Shown here in pieces: positions 27,900-42,360 of a DNA stretch of 64,000 nucleotides; the stretch's first letter is position 1; each line of letters opens with the position of its first letter. Position numbers and translations under genes: made by a program. Below the pieces are notes generated by a model. The model saw only the letters and a list, made by a program, of their open reading frames with translations, was not told where the DNA came from and did no database searches. Source of the stretch: Eledone cirrhosa (lineage: Eukaryota); assembly GCA_964016885.1 (NCBI GenBank), contig OZ024764.1, forward strand, positions 12,276,001-12,340,000. The letters run 5' to 3'.

Positions 27900-29500
27900 A
27901 CCACCACCTCCACCACCACCACCAACTTCACCACCAACTCCACCACCATCTCCTGTCTCCACCACCTCCACCTTCTCTCTCCACCACCATCACCTCCACC
28001 TCCATCTTCTCTCTCCACCACCATCACCTCCACCTCCATCTTCTCTCTCCACCACCACCACCACCTCCTGTCTCCACCACCACCACCTCCACCTTCTCTC
28101 TCCACCACCACCACCTCCTGTCTCCACCACCACCACCTCCACCTTCTCTCTCCACCACCATCATCTCCTGTCTCCACCACCACCACCTCCACCTTCTCTC
28201 TCCACCACCACCACCTCCTGTCTCCACCACCACCACCTCCACCTTCTCTCTCCACCACCACCATCTTCTCTCTCCACCACCACCACCATCACCACCACCA
28301 CCATCACCACCACCACCTCCTGTTTCCACCACCACCACCTCCACCTTCTCTCTCCACCACCACCACCTCCACCTTCTCTCTCCACCACCACCATATTCTC
28401 TCTCCACCACCACCACCACCATCTCCTGTCTCCACCATCACCACCACCATCACCACCACCACCTCCTGTTTCCACCACCACCACCTCCACCTTCTCTCTC
28501 CACCACCACCACCACCATCTTCTCTCTCCACCACCACCACCATCACCCCCAACAACCCACCAACCCACCACACCGCCACCATTACCCCCTGCCGTATCAA
28601 TCAGGAACATTTGGTCCAACCAATCATTTAAAGCAGCGATGCGTGGGTTCGACCTTAGCTGGCAGCAATGGTAGTGACACACCCACAGCCCAGGGGGGCT
28701 AGTGGTGGTGGTGGTGGTGAAGGTGGTGGTAGTGGTAGTGGTGGTGGTGGTGGTGGTGGTAGTGGTTGTTGTGGTGGTTGTTGTGGTGGTAGTAGTGGTG
28801 GTTGTGGTGGTAGTGGTGATGGTTGTGGTGGTGGTGGTGGTGGTAGTTGTTGTGGTGTTGGTGATGGTAATGATGGTGGTTGTGGTGGTAGTTGTGGTGG
28901 TTGTGGTGGTGGTGGTGGTGGTGATGGTAGTGATGGTGATTGTGGTGGTGGTGGTGGTGGTAGTGATGGTGGTTGTGGTGGTGGTAGTGTTGTAGTGGTG
29001 GTGGTGGTGGGAGTGCTGGTGGTGGTGGTAGTGATGGTGGTTGTGGTGGTGGTTGTTGTGGTGGTGGTAGTTGTTGTGGTGGTGGTGTTTGTAGTGATGG
29101 TGGTTGTAGTAGTGATGGTGATTGTGGTGGTGGTGGTGGTGGTAGTGATGGTGGTTGTGGTGGTGGTTGTGGTGTTGTAGTGGTTGTGATGGTAGTGGTG
29201 GTGGTGGGAGTGCTGGTGGTGGTGGTAGTGATGGTGGTTGTGGTGTTGTAGTGGTTGTGATGGTAGTGGTGGTGGGAGTGCTGGTGGTGGTGTTATTGGT
29301 GGTGATGGTGGTTGTGATGATAGTGGTGATTGTTGTGGGGGTGGTTCTGATGGTAGTGGTGGTGGTAGTAGTGGTGGTAGTTGTTGTTGTGGTAGTGGTG
29401 ATGGTGGTTGTGGTGGTGATGGTGGTTGTGATGATAGTGCTGATGGTTGGGGGGGGGGAACTGATGGTGGTGGTGGTGGCGGCGACACTGGTATGGATGT
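27900..29500. repeat. CCA/CTC minisatellite, unique island (28585-28700), (GGT)n tract
   Basis: Direct reading. Confidence 0.9.
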
Positions 29501-30156
29501 TGGTGGTTGCGGTGGTGTCAGTGGTGGCTGAGGTGGTATATATGTTGGTGAAGGGGGTAGGGTGACAGCGGTGGTGGAGGAGATGGTATCGATGTAGGTG
29601 TGGGTGGTAGTGGTGGTGGGGGGCCGGGGTAGGGCGTTATCCCATTGTCGCCGGAAACAATTCGTTGCAGCTACACTTCACTAACAACAACAACAACACC
29701 AACATCAACAACATCATAATAGAAAACATTAAGATAGCACTCGGCCCCCACCCCGGCGCTCGTCAGCCCCAAACCCCTACGCACTTAGCTATGTAACTTG
29801 GGGTCTTCCTCACCAACCACCTACCTATCTACATATATACGGTGCCACATCTACAACAGACGTTTCTGGTTGAGGTAATTCCTGAAAAACAACCAACAAC
29901 AACAACAACAGCAGCAATAACAACAACAACAACAGCAACAACACTAACAATAACAACAATAACAACATCAATAACAACAACAAGAATAACAACATCAATA
30001 ACAACAACAACAGCAACAATAACAACAGCAGCAACAACACTAACAATAACAACAACAACAACATCAATAATAACAACAACAGCAGCAACAACAGCAACAA
30101 TAACAACAACAACAGCAACAACAGCAACAACAACAGCAATAACAACAATAATAATT

Positions 30157-30342
30157 ATTTCTACTTTTGGCACAAACAAGGCCAGCAATTGCCCAGTACA
30201 TTACTGGTACTTTATTTTATCGACCCCCGTAAGGATGAAAGGCGAAGTTAACCTCGGCGGGATTTGAACTCAGAACGTAAAGGGACGTAGCTCTATGCTG
30301 GAAAGCATGGCGTCCGACCCTCTACCGATACTGCCAATCCAC
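30157..30342 (-). mobile_element. tRNA-derived Nin-domain SINE (fragment in opposite orientation at 30578-30678)
   Basis: Homologous to 40219-40404. Confidence 0.85.
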
Positions 30343-30808
30343 AACAACAGCAGAAACAACAACAACAACAATACCAACATCAACGACAACACTAACAACA
30401 ATAACAACACCAACAACAACAACAACAATAACAACAACAACAACAACAACAACAGTAACAACACCAACAATAACAACAACAGTAATAACACCAACAACAA
30501 CAACAGTAACAGCACCAACAACAACAACAACAGTAACAACAATATATACTTTATATCATCTCTATTCATTTCATCCTGCTGAGGTTAACTTTGCCTTTCA
30601 TCCTTACGGGGTCGATAGAATAAAGTACCAGTAATACACTGGGGTTATTGCTGGCTTTGTGCCAAAACGTAGAAACAATTATATATATTTCGAAGATGCA
30701 AAGTTTTATCTATAACATAAACCAAAGCATGTTCTCTTCAAAGAAAATACATATGAGATATATAACTTTTCTTGATTTGCTGGTAGACAAACGAGCTGGA
30801 CATATATT

Positions 30809-30942
<134 letters not shown>

Positions 30943-30999
30943 ACATACATACATACATACATACATACATACATACATACATACATACATACATACATG

Positions 31000-31040
<41 letters not shown>

Positions 31041-31043
31041 TGG

Positions 31044-31077
<34 letters not shown>

Positions 31078-31111
31078 TAATAAATGGAAACTATATATAT
31101 AAAACCATATT

Positions 31112-31176
31112 TATTTCATTATACATATTTCAAGGACACCAAAGCAAATTATGGTGCGCTTTCATCAGATAAAATA
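31112..31176 (-). ncRNA. Hammerhead ribozyme, family B (another at 31831-31895 -)
   Basis: Minus strand tattttat-CTGATGA-aagcgcacca..tggtgtcctt-GAAA-tatgta-TA-atgaaata. Confidence 0.8.
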
Positions 31177-31256
31177 TAATATAGATCAGTTTTATAAACA
31201 AATATTGACATACCCTTAAAAGAATGCGACCATTTCTGTTGGAAGCTCCCGGATAG

Positions 31257-31322
<66 letters not shown>

Positions 31323-31545
31323 CGAAGGAAGTGTGGTAAGGAACCAGATGGACCATAACGCACCAGAGTACTCAACACGTAGGGTAGTAGAGTGGGTAAT
31401 AGGAAAATGTTTAACCCCGACGGCAGAGCTCAAGCTGTTTCGACGGCCATCCCTGGACGCAGAAATAGCCGTCGAAACGGCTTGAGCTCTGCCGTCGGGG
31501 TTACACATTTTCCTATAAAAACCACAGACCCTCCATCTCAACTCT

Positions 31546-31583
31546 ACTTTTGAAAAGCAGAAGAACTACGAAACCGGTAAAGG
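31546..31583 (+). ncRNA. Candidate hammerhead with U3-A8 core
   Basis: ctt-TTGAAAA-gcag-aagaa-ctac-GAAA-ccgg-TA-aag. Confidence 0.45.
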
Positions 31584-31714
31584 AACCAAATAAATAAATA
31601 TATATTTTTTTAAAATAAGACTCCATTTGCATTTTCGATTTCATCTTTTTTTCTTTTTACTTTCACTCGTGTAGGACACCTCGGTTATTTTTCATTTTGT
31701 AAAAAAAACCTCAC

Positions 31715-31761
<47 letters not shown>

Positions 31762-31925
31762 CTATATATCTATATATATATATATATACAATAAATTAAC
31801 AAATGGAAACTATATTTATAAAACCATATTTATTTCATTATACATATTTCAAGGACACCAAAGCAAATTATGGTGCGCTTTCATCAGATAAAATATAATA
31901 TAGATCAGTTTTATAAACAAATATT

Positions 31926-32106
31926 TGTGTCTACTTTAGGCACAAGGCCAGCAATCACCCAGTGCATTACTGGTACTTTATTTTATCGACCCCGTAAGGA
32001 TGAAAGGCAAAGTCAACCTCGGCGGGATTTGAACTCAGATCGTAAAGGGACGTAACTATACTGGAAAGCATGGCGTCCGACCCTCTACCGATACTGCCAA
32101 TCCACC
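31926..32106 (-). mobile_element. Full-length SINE with 14-bp TSD inside a family B element
   Basis: TSD tataaacaaatatt at 31912-31925 and 32107-32120. Confidence 0.88.
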
Positions 32107-32337
32107 TATAAACAAATATTGACATACATTTTTACTCCAAAAATTTGTTGAGTGCTTTATATCAGTTATAAAAATATTGGATACTTAGTAAAATCGAATC
32201 TCTGGCGGTGTGCAAGCAAATTCGGCCTACAATGTGAATGAGTTAACAAAGCACTCGACAAGGTAGCTCCTCAGAGTAATAACATACGTTTAATATATAT
32301 ATATATATACGTTTAATATATATATATTAAGCATACG

Positions 32338-32403
<66 letters not shown>

Positions 32404-32504
32404 ATGTGTGTATAAATGTTGTAAATAAGAATCAATAGGACACGATACGCGTAATCACGAAACCCTAGTAACTTCCTGTTGTAGTTGATAGCTTCAAAGA
32501 TAAT

Positions 32505-32594
32505 ACACATACATACATATACATATATATATATATACATATATATATACACATACATATACATATATATATGCACATATATATATATACACAT

Positions 32595-32631
<37 letters not shown>

Positions 32632-32680
32632 CGTATATATATACATATATATATACATATATATATATATATACACATAC

Positions 32681-32713
<33 letters not shown>

Positions 32714-35287
32714 TATATATATACACAAATATACACATACATATATGTACACACCTATACACACACATACATATATACAGATACATACACACATGTACTC
32801 ACACACACACACATAGACACACACATGCACATACACACGCACACATACACGCATACGCACGCACATACACACGTACGCACATACACACGCACATACACAC
32901 ACACGCGCACGCACATACACACGCACACATAGACACACACACACGTACATACACACGCACACATACACATACATACACACACACATACACACGCACACAT
33001 AGACACACACACACACATTCACACACATGCATTGGTGTGTGTGTGTGTCTATGTGTGTGTGTATGTGTGTGAGTGTGTGTGTGTGTGAGTTAGTGTGTGT
33101 GTGTGAGTAAGTGTTAGTGAGTGAGTTAGTGTGTGTGAGTTACTGTGCGTGTGTGTGAGTTAGTATGTGCGTGTGTGTGTGAGTATGCGAGTGTGTGTGA
33201 GTTAGTGTGGGTGTATGTGAGTGTGTGTGTGTGAGTATGTGTGTGAGAGTGTGTGTGAGTTAGTATGTGTGTGTGTGAGTGTGTGTCAGTTAGTATGTGT
33301 GTGTGTGAGTGTGTGTCAGTTAGTATGTGTGTGTGTGAGTATGTGTACTTACAAGTGTATGTTTCTTCATCCATTGAAGCAGCCCACACATACACACATA
33401 TACATTAACACAGATCCATACAGCGCAACACACATACATACACATACACACACCCATACACACTCACAATCACCCATACCCACACATGCGCATATACGCG
33501 CATACACGTAACTCTCCACATGAACATATACATAAATACATACACACACACGCATATACACATAAATACACACATATATACACACATATATAAATACACA
33601 TACATAAATACGCACATACAGACATACACATGCATAAATACACGCATACACATATACACATACAGATACACATAACTACACGCATACACATACACACAAT
33701 CACCCATACCAATACACATATATGCGCGCATACACATACCTCCCCACATACACACACATGCATATAAATACACACACACACACACAAATACACACTTACG
33801 CACGCACACACACACACACACATTCACACACATAAATACACACATACACACACATTCACACATATAAATACATTCATACACACACACAGTCACGCACATA
33901 AATACACACTACACACGCAGATTCACACATAAATACACACTTACACACACATACACACACATACACACACATTTACACACACATAAATACACACATACAC
34001 ACACATTCCCACACATAAATACACACTTACACACACATAAATACACACATACACACACATACACACACATAAATACACATTTACACACACATAAATACAC
34101 ACATACACACACATTCACACACATAAATACACACTTACACACACATAAATACGCACATACACACACATAAATACACACTTACACACACATAAATACACAC
34201 ATACACACACATACACACACATAAATACACACATACACACACATTCACACCCATAAATACATTCATACACACACACAGTCACGCACATAAATACACACTA
34301 CACACGCAGATTCACACATAAATACACACTTACACACACATACACACACATAAATACACACTTACACACATATAAATACACACTTACACACACATACACA
34401 CACATAAATACACACTTACACACACACACATACACACCTATCTCTGTGTCCCAGTTACGCAATCATAAAATTGCTGACTCATCTAATGATGCCATTGTTA
34501 CTGTTGGTTGTTACTGTTGTTGTTGTACTGTTGTTGTTACTGTTGTTGTTGTTGTTGTTGTTACTGTTGTTGTTGTTGTTACTGTTGTTGTTACTGTTGT
34601 TGTTGTTGTTACTGTTGTTGTTGTTACTGTTGTTATTGTTACTGTTGTTGTTACTGTTGTTGTTGTTGTTGTTACTGTTGTTGTTGTTGTTACTGTTGTT
34701 ATTACTGTTGTTGTTACTGTTGTTGTTGTTACTGTTGTTATTACTGTTGTTGTTACTGTTGTTGTTGTTGTTGTTGTTACTGTTGTTGTTGTTGTTACTG
34801 TTGTTGTACTATTGTTGATATTATAGTTATTATTATTACAGTTGTTGTTATTGATTTTTACTGATATTGTTTTTATTGTTGATATTGCTCATATCGATCT
34901 GCTTGTAATTCGTTTGATTGTCATTTTTCCCTATCTCAGTGTTGTCATTGTTTTGTTGTTGTTGTTGTTGGTGGTGGTATTATTAATGTCATTCTGTTTA
35001 CTGCTGTACCACTGCTGTTATTCTTACTGTTGTTGTTGTTGTTGTTGTGATCGTTGTTGTCGCTGTTGTTATGCTGGTTGTTGTTGCTGTTTTGGTTGTT
35101 GTTGTTGTTGTTGTTAATGGCGGTGTTGTTGTTGCTGTTGTTGCTGTTTTGGCTGTTGTTGTCGATGTTGTTGTTGTTGTTGCTGTTGTTGTTACGCTAG
35201 TTGCTGTTGTTACTGTTGTTGTTGTTGTTGTTGTGATCGTTGTTGTTGCTGTTGTTGTTATGCTAGTTGCTGTTGTTATTTTGGTGG

Positions 35288-35325
<38 letters not shown>

Positions 35326-35400
35326 ATTAATGGTGTTGTTGTTGTTGTTTTGGTTGTTGCTTTTTTAATGGCGGTTGTGTTGTTGTTGTTTTGGTTGTTG
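32505..35400. repeat. Compound TA/CA/TG/TTG microsatellites
   Basis: Direct reading. Confidence 0.92.
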
Positions 35401-35569
35401 TTGAGATGCAGAGATAGATACACGCAACAGAACTGCGATGCTATCACAACATCCTCTTAAGCATTCCATATATAGATCACATCCCACATCCCACATCCCA
35501 CGTCTCACATCCCACATCCCACATCCTCTGGAACTCTTCACAACAAGCTGATACGTCAGCTCTATGTAC

Positions 35570-35622
35570 TAAGATATCCAGTGGTCTTCCAAAGACCATT
35601 CTTCAAGAAACCGTGGGGGATG

Positions 35623-35676
<54 letters not shown>

Positions 35677-35706
35677 CACACAGACAGACATACAGACACA
35701 GCGAGA

Positions 35707-35751
<45 letters not shown>

Positions 35752-35821
35752 GAGACAGACAGAGAGAGAGAGAGAGAGAGAGAGGCACACAGACAGACAT
35801 ACAGACACAGAGAGAGGTGAA

Positions 35822-35852
<31 letters not shown>

Positions 35853-35907
35853 CAGACAGACAGAGAAAGAGAGAGAGAGAGAGACAGAGAGAGAGAGAGA
35901 GACACAC

Positions 35908-35940
<33 letters not shown>

Positions 35941-36221
35941 GAGAGAGAGACACACAGACAGACAGACAGACAGACAGAGAGAGAGACACACAGACAAACA
36001 TAGAGAGAGAGAGAGAGACAGACAGAGAGAGAGAGAGACACACAGACAGAGAGACAGACAGACAGACAGAGAAAGAGAGAGACACACAGACAGACAGACA
36101 GAGAAAGAGAGAGACACACAGACAGACAGACAGAGAAAGAGAGAGACACACAGACAGACAGACAGACATACAGACAGACAGACAGCGAGAGACAGACAGA
36201 CAGACAGAGAGAGACAGACAC

Positions 36222-36256
<35 letters not shown>

Positions 36257-36438
36257 TACAGACAGACAGACAGACAGACAGACAGAGAGAGAGAGAGAGA
36301 GAGATGTTTTAGCAAGATATCCACTGGTGTTGCAAAGACCATCCTTCAAGGAATTCTGGAGGATGAGGAGAGAAAGGGAAATGGTGTGGCCTTGAAAGAG
36401 TATCCAGCAGACCCCCTTCAAGGTATTGTGCAGGGAGG

Positions 36439-36440
<2 letters not shown>
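35570..36440 (+). mobile_element. Two short degenerate RTE-type fragments (35570-35625, 36308-36420) flanking a (GA/GACA)n tract
   Basis: [13 protein letters not shown] and [19 protein letters not shown] resemble the RTE motif GLAKTILQGTVEGxRxRG. Confidence 0.55.
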
Positions 36441-36494
<54 letters not shown>

Positions 36495-36498
<4 letters not shown>

Positions 36499-36902
36499 AT
36501 AATAATAAAATTGAAGACTAAAATCCAAAGAGGGCTCGATAAGGATAAATATATATCAAATATATAAGAACCGTAGAGCAAATATTTATTAAAATAACAG
36601 ATTAAAGTTTAAGCAAAGAATCGGTGCTTTCACCCTTAACGGGATCTTCTGAAACTAACAAAGTCAATCTGTGAACGCAGAACTGGGGGAGCTAAGTATA
36701 TGTTTTGTTTATTCCTTTACTTATTTGCATAGCGAACGTCACCATGAACCAAAGTATCGTCTTCCTGTCTTCCTCCGGTTGCAACGTTTTTTGAAATATC
36801 CAGTTCTCTGTTTACAGATTGACTTTGTTAGTTTCAGAAGATCCCGTTAAGGGTGAAAGCAGCGATTCTTTGCTTAAACTTTAATCTGTTATTTTAATAA
36901 AT
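36495..36902. mobile_element. Family G element with inverted arms; CAGAAGA HHR-like motifs at 36606-36656 (-) and 36830-36880 (+)
   Basis: Homologous to 14455-14762. Confidence 0.78.
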
Positions 36903-36921
36903 ATATATATATATATATATA

Positions 36922-37370
36922 TAGCGGCGATGAATTAGTTTAGCGAGGTTTTTTATATGAAATCGTGTGTCGAAACAAATATTGTTATGCTTGGGGAGGG
37001 TCATATTTGTGTAATATTGCCAGAATTAATAACAGAACACACTCACTGTTTGGTTGGTTTTCGCTTCTCGCTGTCTTTTATATCTGCGATCTAACTTAAT
37101 GGGTCATCAATGTTGCCATTGACTGACCGACGGTCAAAAATAATACAGATACAATATAGACACAAACACATATATATAGTTTACATAATTTACATAAATC
37201 TTTCGTTGCACATCTGCAACATCGTCAGTGGTGTTATATTTTTTTCCTCCTGTTGTGTTAAGTTAGATCGCAGATATAAAAGACAGCGAGAAGCGAAAAC
37301 CAACCAAACAGTGAGTTTGTTCTGTTATTAATTCTGGCAATATTACACAAATATGACCCTCCCCAAGTAT

Positions 37371-37376
<6 letters not shown>
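36922..37376 (-). mobile_element. Family A element with inverted arm; HHR at 37193-37231 (-)
   Basis: CTGACGA-t-gttgca-gatg-tgcaac-GAAA-gatt-TA-tg. Arms 36984-37098 and 37258-37376. Confidence 0.8.
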
Positions 37377-37440
<64 letters not shown>

Positions 37441-37443
<3 letters not shown>

Positions 37444-37760
37444 CAACGCTGGATGTCGGTGAGCATGTCCAGCTAACCTCAGTCTCCTCTGTGTCACTTT
37501 TGAGCTGCCTTTTGGGATGCTCCTAAACAGCTCTGAGTTTTTCATCCTCAGTGTATACTGTTTAATGTTCAGAGCCATTGCACTCAGTGCTCCTTTGGGA
37601 GCCCCTACATGGACACACTAGAAGAGGAAGACCAAGGTTAACGTATGTTGATGCCCTAAGGACAGACACTGGTCTGTTGGAGACGCAGGACATGGCAGCG
37701 ATAATGAGGGACAGAGACCGCTGGAGAGAACTCGTCCATGGATCTCGGGAATTTTACCCG

Positions 37761-37763
<3 letters not shown>
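37441..37763 (+). mobile_element. 5'-inverted RTE-clade LINE insertion in (TA)n
   Basis: Minus-strand 37441-37577 (..RRLRLAGHAHRHPALT) is directly continued by plus-strand 37578- (LHSVLLWEPLHGHTRRGRPRLTYVD..DRDRWRE). Confidence 0.88.
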
Positions 37764-37817
<54 letters not shown>

Positions 37818-37959
37818 GAAGTTTTATTTAATTTGTTGGAATTCCGACAAACATAAATGTTTATAACTGATTTAGAGCACTCAACAGTTTACTGGAGTAA
37901 ATATTCCATGATATTAAATAAATAGAAACTAAATATAGTTTCCATTTATTTAATATCAT

Positions 37960-38010
<51 letters not shown>

Positions 38011-38013
38011 GTA

Positions 38014-38416
38014 TGACCCCTTAGCCTTTGTCAAGGCAGAATTCTAGGAGAAGGAAAACTCTGATATAACACCTGCAACCCTGATGGTATCCAATGATGT
38101 TGACTTGTTCTTCTTTTTAGTAAATATCATCTTGGTTAAGAGAGTGGGACTGGCTTTGTGCAGTGCCTTTGCTCACTATAAAAGCTTCACGGCACAGGCA
38201 TTGCTTTATATCTGGAGATCTCTCTGCACTTGTCGTCACATGGTACCATGGGCCCAGCACTATGTGTCAGTAATTGTCACAAGTGTAGTGTTAGTACCAG
38301 AGTTTTCAAGTCGCTGGCTGGACTAAAAAGTCACACTCGTTCAGCGCATCGGTAGGGGTTCTCCTACATGGATATAAAGTAGTGGCCGTACTCGAAAACG
38401 AGTTGGCAGCCACCAT
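38014..38416 (+). mobile_element. Bipartite non-autonomous RTE-derived element
   Basis: RTE 5'-UTR-like motif tctaggagaaggaaaactctga joined to an RTE-like 3' end. Confidence 0.65.
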
Positions 38417-40101
38417 GTATGTATGTAAATATATATAAATATAATTTCAGCGACATCGTATTTCGGCTGTGGTCAAAAACAAAGCGAAACGCAATCCTCG
38501 AGATATGCGGCAAGCGCTCAATGGACTAAAAGAAGGCCAGAGCAATGAACATACGTTATAGAGGTCAAACAAACTGAAAATGGCGCTCATGAAACTATCA
38601 GCCACCTGGTGGTAGTGGTGATGATGATGATGGTGATGATGATGTTTATGATGATGATGATGATGGTGGTGGTGATGTCACTGATGATGATGATGGTGAT
38701 GATGGTGGTGGTGATGATGATGATGATGATGATGATGATGGTGGTGGTGATGACGATGGTGATGATGATAATGATGATGACAATGACGATGATGATGATG
38801 ATGGTGGTGGTGATGAAAGATGAGAGGAAAGTAGATGAAGAGAAGATGGAGGAGGAGAGTAGGAAGAGTGGAAAACTGAAGAAGAAGAAGAACGAAGAAG
38901 AAGAGCGAAAAGAAGAAGAACGAGAAAAAGAAGAACGAGAAAAAGAAGAAGAATAAAAAGAAGTAGAACGAAGAAGAAGAACAAGAAAAAGAAGAAGAAC
39001 GAAGAAGAAGAAAAAGAAGAAGAAGAAGAAGAAGAAGAAAAAGAAAAAGAAGAAGAAGACAGCGGAGCAAGAATATCGAATCAAAAACAAACAAACTAGT
39101 TGCAACCACAACAAAAACAAAAAAAAAACACCACACCCTTAACCATCATCCTTACCCAACACCCGTACCTCGCCGACGTCGCCGCCGCCGCCATCCATTA
39201 CAAATCCTTCACCGTCTACCCCCACCCCACCCCACTCCACCCCACCCCACCCCCTCCTCCACCGCCGCCGCCATTGAAGGATTGACATGACTAAATAAAC
39301 ATAATTCGTTGTCGGTGTCGGATGGTGATGGTGGCGAGGTTTCGGGTTGTGGAGGTTGTTAAGACAGGTGGAAGAGGGAAAGAGAAAGAGTTAGAGTTAG
39401 GGTTAGGGTCCCTTTTAAAAGAGAATCTTAGTGTTTACATGTCGATATGTCTTTTGCAGAGCGTAACGCCATCTGGTGGTTCATTTTTTTTTTTTTTCAT
39501 TTTATTTGCCATATTCCTTGCTTTTGTTAGTTTTTTGGTTGGTTAGCTTTTGTCTTTAAACATTTCAAAGAAAGCAGACGATAACAGCTTTACTGACAAA
39601 TATGTCGGCGTCTTTACTGTATAGCTTACATAGAGAAGTGTAGACAACGATGTTTTTTAAGTGGGGAATGTTTTGGGCTCTGTGGAATGCCTGGTGTAGT
39701 GTGGTGTGGTGTGGTGTGGTGTTGCTGTGGTGTGGTGTAGTGTGGTGTGGCATTGCTGTAGTGTGGTGTGGTGTGGTATTGCTGTGGTGTTGTGTGGTGT
39801 GTTGTGGTGTTGGTGTGGTGTGCTTTGCTGTGGTGTGATTTTGTCTGATCTGCTGTGGCTGTGGTGTAGTGTGGTGTTACTGTGATGTGGTGTAGTGTGG
39901 TGTGGTGTGATGTAGTTGTGGTGTGGTGTTGTATGGTGTGGTGTTGTATGATCTACTTTGACTGTGGTATAGTATGGTATTACCAAATTTGATTGTGTAT
40001 TCTCTGACAATAATTTATATATATAGCTGGACTATCCAGCGAATTTTCGGATCGTTAAGGTGTGATTTCCATGTATGTCATTATTTATAAAACAACATTT
40101 G

Positions 40102-40166
40102 TATTTTATCTGATGAAAGCGCACCAAGATTTGGTTGGTCGCCCTTGAAATATATATAATAAAATA
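40102..40166 (+). ncRNA. Hammerhead ribozyme, family B
   Basis: tattttat-CTGATGA..GAAA-tatata-TA-ataaaata. Confidence 0.8.
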
Positions 40167-40218
40167 AATATGGCTTTATAAATATAGTTTCCATTTATTA
40201 TTATCTTGGAATTATCTA

Positions 40219-40404
40219 GGGCGGTGGATTGGCAGTATCGGTAGAGGGTTGGACGCCATGCTTTCTAGCATAGTTACGTCCCTTTACGATCTGAGTTCAA
40301 ATCCCGCCGAGGTTGACTTTGCCTTTCATCCTTACGGGGTCGATAAAATAAAGTACCAGTAATGCACTGGCTAATTGCTGGCCTTGTGCCTAAAGTAGAA
40401 ACAA
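40219..40404 (+). mobile_element. Full-length tRNA-derived Nin-domain SINE with 15-bp TSD
   Basis: A box tggcagtatcggtag, B box gagttcaaatccc, Nin-like core, TSD ttattatcttggaat (40198, 40405). Confidence 0.9.
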
Positions 40405-40506
40405 TTATTATCTTGGAATATTTACTCCAGTAACTTGTTGAGTGCTCTATATCAGTTATAAACATTTACGTTTGTCAGAATTCTAACCAATTAAATGCAA
40501 CTCCTA

Positions 40507-40538
<32 letters not shown>

Positions 40539-40689
40539 CTATATTTTTATATATATATATACTATATTTATATATATATATATACTATATTTATATATCT
40601 ACTTTGCTTGTATTTCCTACTTGTGAATTTATACACTCCTTCCATATATACATACACACACACACACATATATATATATATACATACAC

Positions 40690-40747
<58 letters not shown>

Positions 40748-41037
40748 GGGGTAACAAATAATTGTTATATGCAGTACACTTAGACAGAGAAACAATTGTC
40801 AGCAATGAGATTAAAAAACCTTTTTTGTATAGCAAACCGTGTCACTCTTCTTTCCTGATTTATTATATATATATATATATATATTGTTATACTTTGGGAG
40901 GGTCATGTTGCCAATAAGAAACCCACGCACCAGTTGCTTTCATTTCAATTTATTATAATAAATTTATAATAAATTTATAAATTTATAAATTTCTGGTTGG
41001 TTGGTTGGTTCCACAACCAGATAGTTGTTTATATATT

Positions 41038-41076
41038 GTCATAGTTCTTTCGTCACACACTCTGTAACTTCTTCAG
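41038..41076 (-). ncRNA. Hammerhead, family A (element 40883-41076)
   Basis: Homologous to 4931-4972. Confidence 0.65.
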
Positions 41077-41221
41077 AAACGAAATATATATATATATATA
41101 TAATATTAAAGATACTATTTATAGTTATGTATATACTATACCATAAACAACTATAAACAGGAAGGTCAGTAATTTCTTACTACCTTATTACCAGTATCAA
41201 AGTATCGATTACACAAGTATC

Positions 41222-41368
41222 GATTACACAAGTATCAAAGTTATGTTTAAATCATTTAATCGCTGACAATTGTTTCTTCCAAATTTTAGTTTGGAGTCAT
41301 CTGAAATTTGGAAGAAACAATTGTCAGCGATTAAATGATTTAAACATAACTTTGATACTTGTGTAATC
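41222..41368. mobile_element. Inverted-arm element with HHR-like motif (41261-41303 -), related to family F
   Basis: Minus strand CAGATGA-ctccaaa-ctaaaa-tttggaa-GAAA-caattg-TC-agcg. Arms ~62 bp. Confidence 0.65.
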
Positions 41369-41429
41369 TATATATATTTATATATATATAATTTTTAAGT
41401 TTGTTGAATCCCAACAAATTAAATATAAC

Positions 41430-41489
<60 letters not shown>

Positions 41490-41493
<4 letters not shown>

Positions 41494-41970
41494 TACTTGG
41501 GGAGGGTCATATTTGTGTAATATTGCCAGAATTAATAACAGAACACACTCACTGTTTGGTTGGTTTTCGCTTCTCGCTTCTGTGTCTTTTATATCTGCGA
41601 TCTAACTTACTCGGTCCTCAACGTTGCCATTGACTGACCGACGGTCAAAAATAATACAGATACAATATAGACACAAACACATATATATAGTTTATCATAA
41701 ATCTTTCGTTGCACATCTGCAACATCGTCAGTGGTGTTATCGTTTCCTCCTGTTGTATTATATGTTTACGCCATTTTTATTCAGTCTGTCTATATATTTA
41801 TTTATTTATTTGCTTGTTTGTTTATTTTATTTTATTTTGTCTTCTTTGCGCATGCGTTTGCGTGTGTGTATAGTGTTTTGTTTGCTGTGTGAGGGGTGAC
41901 TAGTGTGTGTTTATGTGCTTGTTGTTATTGTGTTTCATATAAAAAACCTCGCAAAACTAATTCATCGCCG

Positions 41971-41972
<2 letters not shown>
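41490..41972 (-). mobile_element. Family A element; HHR at 41696-41734 (-)
   Basis: Same helix II variant as 37193. Upstream gcgcatgcg and aaaatggcg blocks are shared with the 2860 copies. Confidence 0.8.
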
Positions 41973-41999
<27 letters not shown>

Positions 42000-42009
<10 letters not shown>

Positions 42010-42360
42010 TTCGAAGGAAACCAAGACAACATTGGTACGCTTTCATCAGATAAAATACAAAGTTTAATATCATTGTATATATATATATATAATATATTGT
42101 ATGTATATATATATATATTTGTGGTAAGATTGCTTGGATGTTTCCACAGGTGGTATGCCGGTTGAGCACTCTATGTTCCTTCGGAGCAGAGTATAATAAT
42201 ATGGCAAACGAAGAATCAGTGATGCATCGGAACACAAATTTATTACGTATTACAAATGTTTCTCCGGCGGACAGCTCGAGGTACGATTTATTTCTGGAAC
42301 GAACCTGACTCTGGATTCACAAGTTCTTCAGATGCGTCTAGTGACTTCGAAGCAAATCCT
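42000..42360 (-). mobile_element. Family B fragment (HHR ~42000-42057) followed by family I element (HHR 42245-42337)
   Basis: Family I copy: acgcat-CTGAAGA-[~63 nt]-GAAA-catttg-TA-atacgt. Confidence 0.7.

Noticed and set aside
40219-40310. tRNA gene
   Set aside because: A and B boxes are present but there is no cloverleaf. It continues into the SINE body and has a TSD.
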